NCBI GenBank assembly: GCA_965250285.1
Contig: OZ252299.1
Coordinates: forward strand, 1,152,001 to 1,216,000
DNA length: 64,000 nucleotides
Source of the DNA: Myxococcota bacterium
GTDB taxonomy: Bacteria; Myxococcota_A; UBA9160; UBA4427
Direction: 5' to 3'
In this document: positions 11,337 to 21,085 of the stretch, one piece after another
How the letters are laid out: each line of letters starts with the position of its first letter
Position numbering within the stretch: the first letter of the stretch is position 1
Notes under the pieces: model-generated
Seen by the model: only the letters and a program-made list of their open reading frames with translations
Told to the model about the DNA's origin: nothing
The model's database searches: none
Position numbers and translations under genes: made by a program

Positions 11337-12385
11337 CGCTGTCCCTGACGCCGGAACAGAGGCTGCTGCGAACCTGCCGTGGTGAGCCCGTCGATCGACC
11401 GCCCGTCTGGCTGATGCGCCAGGCGGGCCGGTATCTGCCCGAGTACCGCGCGGTGCGCCAGGGCGTGAGCTTTCTCGAGATGTGTCGCGACGTCGACCGC
11501 GCCGTCGAGGTGTCGCTGCAGCCGATCGACATCGTCGGCAGCGAAGCCGTGATCATGTTCCAGGACATCTTCACCCCGATCCCGGGGATGGGCGTCGATC
11601 TCGACTTCGCGCCCGGGCCGATCGTGGCCGAGCCGATCCGAAGCCAGGCGCAGGTCGACGCGCTCGTCGTGCCCGATTCGCGCGAGTCGGTGCCCTTCGT
11701 GTTCGAGATCATCCGCACGCTGCGCCGTGAGCTCGAGAGCCGGCGCATCCCGCTGCTCGGTTTCGCGGGCGCACCGTTCACGTTGGCGGCCTACATGGTC
11801 GAGGGCAAGGGCTCGAAGGATTTCGGCACGCTCAAGCGCATGATGCACCGCGAGCCCGCGCTGCTGCGATCGTTGCTGGCAAAGCTCACCGATCTCACCG
11901 TCGACTATCTGGCTGCGCAGCTCGAGACCGGCAGCCAGGCCGTACAGCTCTTCGACACCTGGGCGGGGCTGCTCTCGCCCGCCGAGTACCGCGACTGGGC
12001 GCTGCCCTACCACCGAGAGATCGGCGACCGCCTCGACCGCTCGCTCGGCCCGTTGATCCTGTACGTGAACAACGGCGCTCATGTCGTCGACGCGGGCGTC
12101 GAGTCGGGCTTCGACGTGCTCTCGCTCGACTGGCGCTGTCGACTCGACGAGGTCGCGAAGCAATACGGCGACCGCATCTCACTGCAGGGCAACCTCGATC
12201 CCTGCGCGCTGGCTGCACCGCCCGAGCAGATCGCGCAGTGGGTTGGCGAGATGCACCGGGCCGCGGCGCCGGCGCGGGGTCACATCATGAACCTCGGCCA
12301 CGGCCTGCTGCCCGAGACGCCCGTCGAGGGCGTGAAGGCCTTCATCGCCGCGGTGAAGGCGCTGCCGACGCGCGACATCGGTTGA
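11312..12385 (+). CDS. hemE: Uroporphyrinogen decarboxylase (start codon uncertain)
   Basis: PVWLMRQAGRYLPEY, GFAGAPFTLA, QLFDTWAG, QGNLDP and NLGHG motifs. Confidence 0.95.
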   Translation: MGGDLGVLALSLTPEQRLLRTCRGEPVDRPPVWLMRQAGRYLPEYRAVRQGVSFLEMCRDVDRAVEVSLQPIDIVGSEAVIMFQDIFTPIPGMGVDLDFAPGPIVAEPIRSQAQVDALVVPDSRESVPFVFEIIRTLRRELESRRIPLLGFAGAPFTLAAYMVEGKGSKDFGTLKRMMHREPALLRSLLAKLTDLTVDYLAAQLETGSQAVQLFDTWAGLLSPAEYRDWALPYHREIGDRLDRSLGPLILYVNNGAHVVDAGVESGFDVLSLDWRCRLDEVAKQYGDRISLQGNLDPCALAAPPEQIAQWVGEMHRAAAPARGHIMNLGHGLLPETPVEGVKAFIAAVKALPTRDIG

Positions 12386-12408
12386 GGCCGGGCGGTGGGC
12401 AGGCGGGC

Positions 12409-13401
12409 TCAGAGACGCGTGAGCCTGAGTACGCCCTCGACGACCAGGTTTCGTTCCTCGTCGTAGGGGATCTCGGCATCCAGTTCGATCGTCAGCAGCT
12501 CGCCAAATCGCGAGCCGCGCGCCGGAACCATCAGTGCGCGGTCGAACTGCGTGATGAGGAGCGCCCCCTCGAACTGGTTGTCGTTCTCGAAGTCGCCGAC
12601 TAAGTCGAAGGTCGCCGCAGGTCGCCCGTTTTGAAAGCACTGGCCTGCGACCTCGACGGCGTCCCCAAATCGACCCTCGACGGTGCCGCTCGCGCGACCA
12701 TTGCACGGCGATTCGTAAGGCGGAGCGCCGACGAGCAAGGTGCGAAAGTCGGCATCGCCCACGTAGAAGCCGCTTGCGGGATGGGCCCCGGGCTCGAGCC
12801 GTTCGAAGTGGTCGATCTCGATGCGAACGGATGCTGTCGCGGCGCACGGGTCGAGGCCGCCGCGGTCCAGCATGACCTCGAAGTCCCCGTCATAGCCGTC
12901 TCGGAGACACACGCCCGGTGTGGGGCCGTTGATGTGGTACCAGCATCGATCGTCCTCGAGCCAGACGAACGCGAATGCCTCTGCCGCGATCCCGAAGTCG
13001 CCCACGGCGCCATCCCACTCGTCGATGGTCACAGCCGCGATGAAGCTCGCGAAGTCGGCTACGCGCAGCTGAGCTCGCGAGGTGAGGCCGATCGGCACGG
13101 AGCCCACGCCGGCTTCGATGGCGGCGCCCACGCGAGATAGTTGGGTCGGCTCGCCGTCGACATCCGTCTGCGCTTGCGCGACCAGCCGGAAGTCGCCGGC
13201 CGTACTCGCTGGGGTGTCCGACGCGTCGCACTCATCCCGCACGTCGAGCTGCTCGATCTCGACCGTGACCGCGGCCCACGCCGTCGGGATCGACAGCGCG
13301 AGCGACGCAGGGTCGTTCGAGGGGTCGCAGGCCGAGACCATCAGCGACGCGGGCAGGAGAGCGGTCAGCAGGAGCAGTCGGGTGAGCGAGGGCATCGTCA
13401 T
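12409..13401 (-). CDS. Hypothetical lipoprotein
   Basis: 330-aa ORF with a hydrophobic signal and lipobox-like LMVSAC; acidic, beta-rich mature part; no family recognised. Confidence 0.65.
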   Translation of the reverse strand: MTMPSLTRLLLLTALLPASLMVSACDPSNDPASLALSIPTAWAAVTVEIEQLDVRDECDASDTPASTAGDFRLVAQAQTDVDGEPTQLSRVGAAIEAGVGSVPIGLTSRAQLRVADFASFIAAVTIDEWDGAVGDFGIAAEAFAFVWLEDDRCWYHINGPTPGVCLRDGYDGDFEVMLDRGGLDPCAATASVRIEIDHFERLEPGAHPASGFYVGDADFRTLLVGAPPYESPCNGRASGTVEGRFGDAVEVAGQCFQNGRPAATFDLVGDFENDNQFEGALLITQFDRALMVPARGSRFGELLTIELDAEIPYDEERNLVVEGVLRLTRL

Positions 13402-13477
13402 TGAGGTGCGGGCCGGTGGGCCGCGGGGAATTGCGATCCCCGGAGACTAGCGGGTCACGCGCGCCGCCGGCGTGTGC

Positions 13478-14758
13478 TCAGAACCCCGCCCAGCGCGGCA
13501 GCGCGAGCGACAGCGCGGGGATCGCCGTCACGAGGGCGAGCACGATCAGCATCGCCGCGTACATGGGCAGCAGCGGCCGCAGGATCGATCGCACGTCGGT
13601 GCCGCCCACGGCGCAGCCGACGAAGAGCACGGAGCCGACCGGAGGCGTGCAGAGCCCGATGCAGAGGTTCAACACCATCACGACGCCGAAGTGAACCGGG
13701 TCGACGCCGAGCGCCGTGACGATGGGCAGGAAGATCGGCGTGAAGATCAGAACGGCCGGGGTCATGTCCATGAAGGTCCCGACGAGCAGCAGCACGAGGT
13801 TGATGAGCAGCAGCGTGAGCCAGGGCGAGTCGCCGAGTGCGAGGATCGAATCGGCGACCTCGGTCGGCACACGCTCATACGCGAGCAGCCACGAGAGCGC
13901 CACAGACGTCGCGATGAGCAGCATCACGACGCCCGTCGTGCGCCCGGCTTCGCGCAGCACGTCGGGCAGATCGCCGAGCCCGATCTCTCGGTAGGCGAGG
14001 GCGAGGCCGAGCGCGTAGACGACGGCGATCGCAGAGGCTTCGGTGGCGGTGAAGATCCCCGCGACGATCCCACCCATGACGACGACCAGCAGCCCGAGGC
14101 TCGGCAACGCATCGATCGTCGCGCGGGTGAGTCGACGGGTTCGACCGTCTCGCTGGGTCGGACGGCGCGACGAGAGGGCCGCCGCGACCATCAGGGCGGC
14201 GCCGACGAGGAGCCCGGGGCCGTAGCCGGCCAGGAAGAGCGCCGCGATCGAGACCCCGCCGCTCGCGAGCGAGTAGACGATCAGGATGTTGCTCGGTGGA
14301 ATGATCAGGCCCGTCGTTGCGCTCGAGACGTTCAGCGCAGCGGCGAACTCGCGCGCGTAGCCCTCTGCGCGCATGCGTGGCCCCATCACACCTCCAACGG
14401 CCGATGCCGCGGCCACGGCTGAGCCCGAGATCGCGCCGAAGAGCATCGAGGCGACGACGTGGACGTGGGCGAGCGGCGCGGGCAGGCTGCGCGTGACGAT
14501 GCGCGCGAGTTCGATCAGCCGCCGCGCGATGCCACCCCGGCTCATCAGTTCACCCGAAAGGATGAAGAACGGGATCGCCAGCAGCGGGAACGAGTCGAGG
14601 CTCGTCGCCATCCGCTGCGCGACGGTGATCAGCGCAACATCGGCCGGCAGCACCACGATCAGGGCGAGGGTCGAAGCTGCACCGATCGCGAAAGCGACCG
14701 GCACGCGCAGCAGGAGCAGCAGCAAGAGCATGAGCGCGAGGGTGGCAGTCGCCGTCAT
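13478..14758 (-). CDS. dctM: TRAP transporter large permease
   Basis: LLAIPFFILSG, ISGSAVA, IIPPS, FTATEAS, GVDPVHFG and TPPVG motifs. Confidence 0.93.
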   Translation of the reverse strand: MTATATLALMLLLLLLLRVPVAFAIGAASTLALIVVLPADVALITVAQRMATSLDSFPLLAIPFFILSGELMSRGGIARRLIELARIVTRSLPAPLAHVHVVASMLFGAISGSAVAAASAVGGVMGPRMRAEGYAREFAAALNVSSATTGLIIPPSNILIVYSLASGGVSIAALFLAGYGPGLLVGAALMVAAALSSRRPTQRDGRTRRLTRATIDALPSLGLLVVVMGGIVAGIFTATEASAIAVVYALGLALAYREIGLGDLPDVLREAGRTTGVVMLLIATSVALSWLLAYERVPTEVADSILALGDSPWLTLLLINLVLLLVGTFMDMTPAVLIFTPIFLPIVTALGVDPVHFGVVMVLNLCIGLCTPPVGSVLFVGCAVGGTDVRSILRPLLPMYAAMLIVLALVTAIPALSLALPRWAGF

Positions 14759-15294
14759 GGCTTCCCGCCGTTCGGTGCTTCGCCGGGGACTCGGCGCGTT
14801 GCCTCGACCAGGGAGAGGCCGGCGTGCGTGGCGATGACGAGCCCGGCGACCGGGAGCGCGGCATACACCGCGCCCATCGGCAGCCCGAGTGCGGCCGAGC
14901 GCTGACCGAGCTCGAACGACATCGAGACGAGCCCGAGACCTCCGCCGATCATGACGCTGCTCGCAAATGCGAGGACGACCCCGTGCGCGACCACGGTCAC
15001 CACGCGTTCGACAACTCGGGGTGTCGCGCGCGGCCACAGATCGACCGCGACGTGCGTCCCGCGACCGGCTGCGGCTGCGGCGCCGACGAGCCCGATCCAC
15101 ACGAGCAGCGTGCGGGCGAGCTCGTCCGTGCCTGCGCTCGGCTGAGCGAGGGCGTAGCGTGAGAAGACCTGCCAGACGACGTTCACGACCGCGGTTGCCA
15201 GGAGCACCGCCAGCGCCGTGCCCACGATGCGATCGAGCGCGATGCGTGCCTCGGCGACGCGGTCGGCCCGGGGCTGCGATTCGCCGGCGCTCAT
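14755..15294 (-). CDS. dctQ: TRAP transporter small permease
   Basis: WQVFSRY...TDELAR...HVAVD motif; about four TM segments; overlaps dctP and dctM. Confidence 0.9.
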   Translation of the reverse strand: MSAGESQPRADRVAEARIALDRIVGTALAVLLATAVVNVVWQVFSRYALAQPSAGTDELARTLLVWIGLVGAAAAAGRGTHVAVDLWPRATPRVVERVVTVVAHGVVLAFASSVMIGGGLGLVSMSFELGQRSAALGLPMGAVYAALPVAGLVIATHAGLSLVEATRRVPGEAPNGGKP

Positions 15295-16283
15295 GGGCCC
15301 GTCGCCTCGATGCGGTCGAGCAGGGGGCCGACCTCGGGGTCGGAGCGCATCCGTTCGCGCACGCTCTTCGTGGCGGCCACGAAGGGTCGCTTGTCGGGGC
15401 GCACGATCTCGACGCCCGCCGCCTCGACCGCTTCGAGGGCGCGGGCGGTCGCATCGCTCCAAAGTCGGCGCTGCAGCGTCGCGGAGTCGCGGGCCGACGC
15501 TTCGAGCCACCTGCGCTCGTCTGCATCGAGGCGATCCCAGAGCAGCGTGCTGACGAGCAGGACGTCGGGCACCGCGGTGTGCTCGTCGAGGCTGTAGACG
15601 CGGGCGACTTCGAAGTGCCCGGCGCGCTCGAACGAAGGCGGATTGTTCTCGGCGCCGTCGACGACGCCCTGCTGCAGCGCGGTGTACAGCTCGCCCCATG
15701 CAATGGGCGCGGCCGCCCCGCCGAGGGCGCCGACCATCGCGATCGCGGTCGGGCTCTCCTGCGTGCGGATCTTGAGGCCACGCAGGTCTTCGGGCGTGTG
15801 GATCGCTCGATCGCGGGTGTAGAAGCTGCGGTGGCCCGCGTCGTAGAAGGCGAGTCCACGCAGACGCCCCGGCGTCGATGACTGGAGCAGCTCGCGACCG
15901 ACGTCGCCGTCGAGCACCGCGAAGCGGTGGGCGTCGCTGCGAAACAGGTAGGGCGCCGACAGCACGCGATAGCCCGGTGCGAAGTTCTCGAGGACGGCCG
16001 CCGAGACCTTCGTCAGGTCGAGGCTGCCGATTTGCAGCAGCTCGAGACACTCGCGCTCACTGCAGAGCTGTTCACTCGGATAGAGATCGACCCGCAAGCG
16101 GCCGTTCGAGCGCGTCTCGACATGGCGCCCGAACGCGCGCATCGCCTCGTGAACCGGGTGGCTCGGTGCGAGGCCATGACCGAGCGTGAGTCGCTTGGGT
16201 GCCGTCTCGGACGTGCATGCGAACCACGCGCAGGCGAGTGCGAGCAGGGCCCCCTCCGCGCGGCGCAAGCGCGCGAGGCTCAT
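15291..16283 (-). CDS. dctP: TRAP transporter substrate-binding protein (probable lipoprotein)
   Basis: PEDLRGLKIR and ELYTALQQGVVDGAENN motifs; N-terminal signal ending WFAC. Confidence 0.92.
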   Translation of the reverse strand: MSLARLRRAEGALLALACAWFACTSETAPKRLTLGHGLAPSHPVHEAMRAFGRHVETRSNGRLRVDLYPSEQLCSERECLELLQIGSLDLTKVSAAVLENFAPGYRVLSAPYLFRSDAHRFAVLDGDVGRELLQSSTPGRLRGLAFYDAGHRSFYTRDRAIHTPEDLRGLKIRTQESPTAIAMVGALGGAAAPIAWGELYTALQQGVVDGAENNPPSFERAGHFEVARVYSLDEHTAVPDVLLVSTLLWDRLDADERRWLEASARDSATLQRRLWSDATARALEAVEAAGVEIVRPDKRPFVAATKSVRERMRSDPEVGPLLDRIEATGP

Positions 16284-17335
16284 GCCCCAGCCGACGCCCC
16301 CGCGTGCCGCCGGACGAGCGCGGCGACGGCCTCGACCCAGGCGGGGTGATCGTTGAGCGAGGGCACGAGCTTCATCGACTGCCCCCCGAGCTCGGCCCAC
16401 TGCTCGGCGAGCTGCATGCCGAGCTCTTCGAGCGTCTCGAGGTTGTCGGCGACGAACGCGGGCGAGAGGACGGCGAGGTGCTCGACGCCCCGATCGCGCA
16501 GCTCGTGCACGACCTCGTCGGTATAGGGCTTGATCCAGGGCGTGCGGCCGAGACGCGACTGGAACGAGGTCGTCGTCGCAGCCGGGTCGAGCCCCAGGGC
16601 GTCGACGATCAGCGCCGTCGTGCGGTGGCACTGTGCGCGGTAGCAGTTTCGGTTGGCCGTTCGAATGGCGGCACAACAGTCGTCCTGGGCGAGACAGAAC
16701 GTGCCCGTCGGATCGCTCTCTCGGATCTGACTCTCGGGCAGCCCGTGGTAGCTGAAGAGGACGTGGTCGGCTTCGTAGCCGTCGAGCGCGTCGCCGGCGA
16801 CCTGCCGCCAGGCGTCGATGAAGGCCGGGTCGTCGAAGAAGTCGCCGATCGTCGTGAGCGGGCGCACGTCCCAGTAGCGACTCTGCTCCTCCTGCACGTG
16901 CGCGAGCACCGACGCCGTGGTCGCGGCCGAGTACTGCGGGAAGAGCGGCAGCACGAGGACGCGATCGACGTCGGCATCGCCCAGACGTTCGAGGCCCGCG
17001 GCGATGCTCGGCTGGCCGTAGCGCATGGCGAGGACGACCTCGAAGTCGCTCCCGAGCGCCTTCGACACGCCCAGGGCGAGCGCCTGCGAGTGGACCATGA
17101 GCGGTGAGCCCGCATCCGTCCAGATCTTCGCGTAGGCCGCGGCACTCTTTCGCGGTCGCGTCGGCAGGATCACGCCCTCGAGGAGCAGCTTGCGCGCGAT
17201 GGCCGGCATGTTGAGAACGCGCGGGTCGGACAGGAACTCGCGCAGATAGCGGCGCACCTCGCGCGGTCGCGGCGCGTCGGGCGTGCCGAGCTGAACGAGG
17301 AGCACACCGATACGCGAAGGCGGGGAGGGCGGCAT
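16280..17335 (-). CDS. hemH: Ferrochelatase with an internal [2Fe-2S]-type Cys motif
   Basis: LGTP, AMRYGQP, PLFPQYS, FSYHGLP, FQSR and DNLETLEE motifs, plus a C-x5-CC-x9-C insert. Confidence 0.95.
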   Translation of the reverse strand: MPPSPPSRIGVLLVQLGTPDAPRPREVRRYLREFLSDPRVLNMPAIARKLLLEGVILPTRPRKSAAAYAKIWTDAGSPLMVHSQALALGVSKALGSDFEVVLAMRYGQPSIAAGLERLGDADVDRVLVLPLFPQYSAATTASVLAHVQEEQSRYWDVRPLTTIGDFFDDPAFIDAWRQVAGDALDGYEADHVLFSYHGLPESQIRESDPTGTFCLAQDDCCAAIRTANRNCYRAQCHRTTALIVDALGLDPAATTTSFQSRLGRTPWIKPYTDEVVHELRDRGVEHLAVLSPAFVADNLETLEELGMQLAEQWAELGGQSMKLVPSLNDHPAWVEAVAALVRRHAGASAGA

Positions 17336-17397
17336 GACCTGGCAAAGATGCCACAGGCGCACCCGAGGTCACCCCGGCGTTCGACCCGCCGCACCGT

Positions 17398-18129
17398 TCA
17401 GGAAGGTCTTTCCCACCAGCGGCCCATGAAGGCCGAGAGCAGCATGTACAGCGCGGGATAGACCAGCGAGATCTCGATGGCGTGGGTGCGAGCGGCCCAA
17501 TCGGGGTTGAGGATCGCGATGGCGAGCCAGGCCGCCCAGAGCATGCCGCCGTAGCTGATCGAGTAGCGCATCCACAGCTTGGGCAGCTTCGAGGGGTACA
17601 GATACTTGAAGGGCACGAACACCATCAGGCCGAGCCCCGCGACCCAGACCGCGCCGCCCCAGGGCGAGATGTCGAACTTCCACAGGTAGATCGCCAGGAT
17701 GTTCCAGTAGGACGGGAACCCGAGGAAGAAATCGTCGTCCGTCTTCGCGTCTTCGCGCGAGAACCCGTAGGCGCTGCTCAGAATCGGAATGGCGATCCAC
17801 CAGGGCGACGGCAGATTGCCGGCCGAAGCCATGAAGATCGCCCCCACGACGACGAAGTTCAGGAAGTCGACCATGTCGTCGAGACGCCGACCGTTCATCT
17901 GCGGCAGGTGGCGGGTGACGCCGACCATGCGCGCGAAGGCCCCGTCCATCGAGTCGATGCTGAGGGCCAGGAGCATGTAGATGGTTGCGACGTCGAGGCG
18001 GCCGAACGAGATCTCGAGCAAGGCGAGCCCGCCGAGTACGCCCCCCATGGCGGTGAAGAGGTGCACACCCCAGCTCAGGGCGCGCCCGCCCGGCGTCGAG
18101 TCGGGAGCCATGTCACCGTGAGCGCTCAT
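17398..18129 (-). CDS. pcs: Phosphatidylcholine synthase-like CDP-alcohol phosphatidyltransferase
   Basis: VHLFTAMG, DSMDGAFAR..GRRLDDMVDF and FLGFPSYWN motifs. Confidence 0.78.
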   Translation of the reverse strand: MSAHGDMAPDSTPGGRALSWGVHLFTAMGGVLGGLALLEISFGRLDVATIYMLLALSIDSMDGAFARMVGVTRHLPQMNGRRLDDMVDFLNFVVVGAIFMASAGNLPSPWWIAIPILSSAYGFSREDAKTDDDFFLGFPSYWNILAIYLWKFDISPWGGAVWVAGLGLMVFVPFKYLYPSKLPKLWMRYSISYGGMLWAAWLAIAILNPDWAARTHAIEISLVYPALYMLLSAFMGRWWERPS

Positions 18130-18352
18130 CTTGCGGTCCCCATTGCCCGATGTGTGGGGGACGCGGCAGGGCCGCGCGGGCTCGGTGCGACCACCTTACC
18201 AGAAGCGCGCGGGGCGCTCCGAGAGGGCGATCGGCCCCGCGGCGCGAGATAGATCCATCGTTTCATTGCCGGCGCGGAGGGCGCGCGGTACCACCGCCGG
18301 GCATCGAACGAGCACGTCGGGCCCGCTGGGGTGGGTCGCGAAGGAGTCTGGA

Positions 18353-19684
18353 ATGTCGATCGCACTGGAGCTGCCGTCCCTCGGCGAGAGCGTCGTCGAA
18401 GGCACCGTCTCGCGCTGGCTCGTCGCCGAGGGTGAGTACGTCGAGATGGATCAAGCGATCGTCGAGGTGACGACCGACAAGGTCGACGCCGAGATCCCGT
18501 CGCCGAGCGCCGGTGTGATCGAGAAGATCCTGGTCGCCGAGGGCGACGTGGTCGAGGTCGGTGCGCAGCTCGCGCTGATCGACGCCGACGCGCAGCCCTC
18601 GGCCGCGGCACCCGCCGCATCAGCGGCTCCAGCCCCTGCCCCGGTCGCGCCTGCGCCCACGCCGACCCCCGCGCCCGCACCCGCCCCCCCGCCCGAAGCC
18701 GCGCCCGCGGCGACGCCGGTCGCGCGCCGCATGGCCGAAGAGGCGCGGGTGCCGCTCGATCAGATCGCAGGCAGTGGGGCCGGCGGGCGCATCACCAAGG
18801 CCGACGTCGAGCGGGCCACCCAACCCGAGCCGGCCCCGGTGGCGCCGGCCCCCGCCGCAGCGGCCCCGGTCGCCCCCGCACCGCAGGCAGCGGCGCCGGC
18901 ACCCGCGCGTCCCCCCGTGCCCTCGCCCTCGCCCTCGCGCACGACGGCGAGCAAGCCCGCGTACGCCACGTACGCACTCAAGGAGGGCGACCGCGTCATC
19001 CCGATGACGCCGATGCGCCGGATTACCGCCGAGCACATGGTCTACTCGAAGCACACCAGCCCGCACGTCGGCACGGTGGCCGAGATCGACATGGGCGGCG
19101 TCGCCGACGTGCGCCAACGACACAAGCGCGCCTTCGAGGAGGCGCACGGCTTCGGTCTCACGTTTCTGCCGTTCATCGTGCACTCGGTCGTGCGGGCGCT
19201 GCGCGAGTACCCGGCGCTCAACGCCTCGGTGCTCGAGGACGCGATCGTCGAGAAGCGCGACATCAACGTGGGTCTCGCCGTCGAGACCGAGAAGGGGCTG
19301 GTCGTGCCCGTCGTTCGGCAGGCAGACCGCCTCTCGCTGGCCGGCCTCGCGGCGGCGATCGACGACGTCGCGACCCGAGCACGCAATCGCAAGCTCACGG
19401 CCGACGACCTTCAGGGCGGGACGTTCACGGTCTCGAATCCGGGCCGGAAGGGGAATCTCTACGGCTTCGCGATCATCAATCAGCCGCAGGTCGGCATCGT
19501 GCGCATGGGCGAGATCGTGAAGCGACCGGTGGTGCGCAGCGTCGAGGGGCAGGACGCGATCGTGATCCGGCCCATGATGCATCTCTCCCTCTCGTACGAT
19601 CACCGCGCCGTCGACGGCGCGCCGGCCAACGGCTTTCTGTGGCGGATCCGGGATCTGCTCGAGACCGCAGACTTCGACGTCTAG
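18353..19684 (+). CDS. 2-oxoacid dehydrogenase E2 (dihydrolipoamide acyltransferase)
   Basis: One lipoyl domain (TDKV), Ala/Pro linkers, E3-binding domain (GSGAGGRITKAD), catalytic DHRAVDG; GGAG RBS. Confidence 0.93.
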   Translation: MSIALELPSLGESVVEGTVSRWLVAEGEYVEMDQAIVEVTTDKVDAEIPSPSAGVIEKILVAEGDVVEVGAQLALIDADAQPSAAAPAASAAPAPAPVAPAPTPTPAPAPAPPPEAAPAATPVARRMAEEARVPLDQIAGSGAGGRITKADVERATQPEPAPVAPAPAAAAPVAPAPQAAAPAPARPPVPSPSPSRTTASKPAYATYALKEGDRVIPMTPMRRITAEHMVYSKHTSPHVGTVAEIDMGGVADVRQRHKRAFEEAHGFGLTFLPFIVHSVVRALREYPALNASVLEDAIVEKRDINVGLAVETEKGLVVPVVRQADRLSLAGLAAAIDDVATRARNRKLTADDLQGGTFTVSNPGRKGNLYGFAIINQPQVGIVRMGEIVKRPVVRSVEGQDAIVIRPMMHLSLSYDHRAVDGAPANGFLWRIRDLLETADFDV

Positions 19685-19754
19685 AGCGAGGGCGGCGCGC
19701 GGGGTGCAGCGTGAAGCCGCGCCGGCCCGGGCAGGGGTCGAGTAGACTCACGTC

Positions 19755-20489
19755 GTGCAGAGCGAACCCGACATCGGAGCCACCGACGCGCTGGCCGTGG
19801 CCTCTCCAACCGGCGGCGATCTGAGCGTCGAGTGGTGCGGGCGCGTGCCCTATGCGCGTGCGCTCGAGCTCCAGGCCGCGGCCCGACTGGCCCGGGCGCA
19901 GGGCGAGACCGGAGATCGACTGCTTCTGCTCGAGCACCCGCCGGTCGTGACCCTGGGCCGCAGCAGCCACGATGCCCACCTCCTGCTCGACCGCGACGCG
20001 TACGCAGCGCGCGGCATCGAGGTGTTCGAGGCGGCGCGCGGGGGCGACGTCACCTACCACGCGCCGGGGCAGCTCGTCGGCTACCTGATCGTCGATCTCG
20101 ACGCCCGGGGCGAGCGCGACCTGCACCTCCACGTGCGGCGGATCGAGGGCGCGTTGATGCGCGCGCTGTCGACGTTCGACCTCGCGACGAAGCGCGTCGT
20201 GGGTCGTTCGGGTGTCTTCGTGGATGCGCCGGGTGCCGGCCCCGACCGCAAGCTCGCGTCGATCGGCGTCGGCGTGAAGCGCTGGGTCACGTGGCACGGC
20301 TTCGCGCTCAACGTGACGACCGATCTCGATGGCTTCGACGTGATCGTGCCCTGCGGTCTCGACGACGTCGTCATGACGTCTGTAGCGCGTGAGAGCGGGC
20401 GGGCCTCGCTCGGCCTCGATGCCGAGGCGCGCGAAGCGGTGGCCGAGGCCTTTCGCGCGACTTTCGGTGCAGGAGATGCTCGAGCGTGA
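19755..20489 (+). CDS. lipB: Lipoyl(octanoyl) transferase
   Basis: LLEHPPVVTLG, RGGDVTYHAPGQ, KLASIG, HGFALN and IVPCG motifs. Confidence 0.93.
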   Translation: MQSEPDIGATDALAVASPTGGDLSVEWCGRVPYARALELQAAARLARAQGETGDRLLLLEHPPVVTLGRSSHDAHLLLDRDAYAARGIEVFEAARGGDVTYHAPGQLVGYLIVDLDARGERDLHLHVRRIEGALMRALSTFDLATKRVVGRSGVFVDAPGAGPDRKLASIGVGVKRWVTWHGFALNVTTDLDGFDVIVPCGLDDVVMTSVARESGRASLGLDAEAREAVAEAFRATFGAGDARA

Positions 20490-20956
20490 GCACGCCGGGT
20501 CCGCCGCCGCTTCGTCCGTTCGGCCTCGTGCTGCACCACGACGGGCGTTGGAGTCACGAGGGGCAACCGATCCTGAACCGCCGGCTGCGCGAACACTTCG
20601 ATCGCTCGGTCGAGTACCTGCCCGAAGAGCAGAAGTACATCGTTCGGCTGCGCCACTTTCGCGGCGAGATCGTGATCGAAGAGGCGGGCTTCTTCGTCCG
20701 CGAGGTCGACGCGGACCGCGGCGAGGTGATGCTCTCGGACGGCTCGCGCTCGGCCGTCGACCTCTCGACGTTGCGTGCTTCGCCGATCGACGGCGCGCTC
20801 CTCTGCCGCGTGAAGCCCGAAATGGGCGGCGGGGGTGTGCTCGCTCGCTTCACGCACGCCGCGCAGTCCGAGCTGCTCGGGGCCATCGAACTCGATGACG
20901 CCGACGCGCCGGGGGTCGTCTGGGCCGGCCGCTGGACGTCGCTTCCCAACGTCTAG
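20486..20956 (+). CDS. DUF1285-like hypothetical protein
   Basis: DGRWSHEGQPI N-terminal motif; GTG start overlaps the lipB stop. Confidence 0.65.
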   Translation: MSTPGPPPLRPFGLVLHHDGRWSHEGQPILNRRLREHFDRSVEYLPEEQKYIVRLRHFRGEIVIEEAGFFVREVDADRGEVMLSDGSRSAVDLSTLRASPIDGALLCRVKPEMGGGGVLARFTHAAQSELLGAIELDDADAPGVVWAGRWTSLPNV

Positions 20957-20984
20957 GCGCGGCGCGCCGCGCACCCGCGTCGCC

Positions 20985-21061
20985 TCCGCCGTGACCGGCG
21001 CTCGAGCGCGTGCATGCCGCCGGTCCGCCGTGACCGGCGCTCGAGCACGCGCACGCAGCCG
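20985..21061. repeat. 39-bp tandem duplication (2 copies)
   Basis: tccgccgtgaccggcgctcgagc occurs at 20985 and 21024. Confidence 0.85.
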
Positions 21062-21085
21062 ATCTGCGTACGCGGGAGCCATCGA

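Noticed and set aside
18590..18950. Low-complexity GC-rich repeats
   Set aside because: They encode the ordinary Ala/Pro linkers of the E2 subunit
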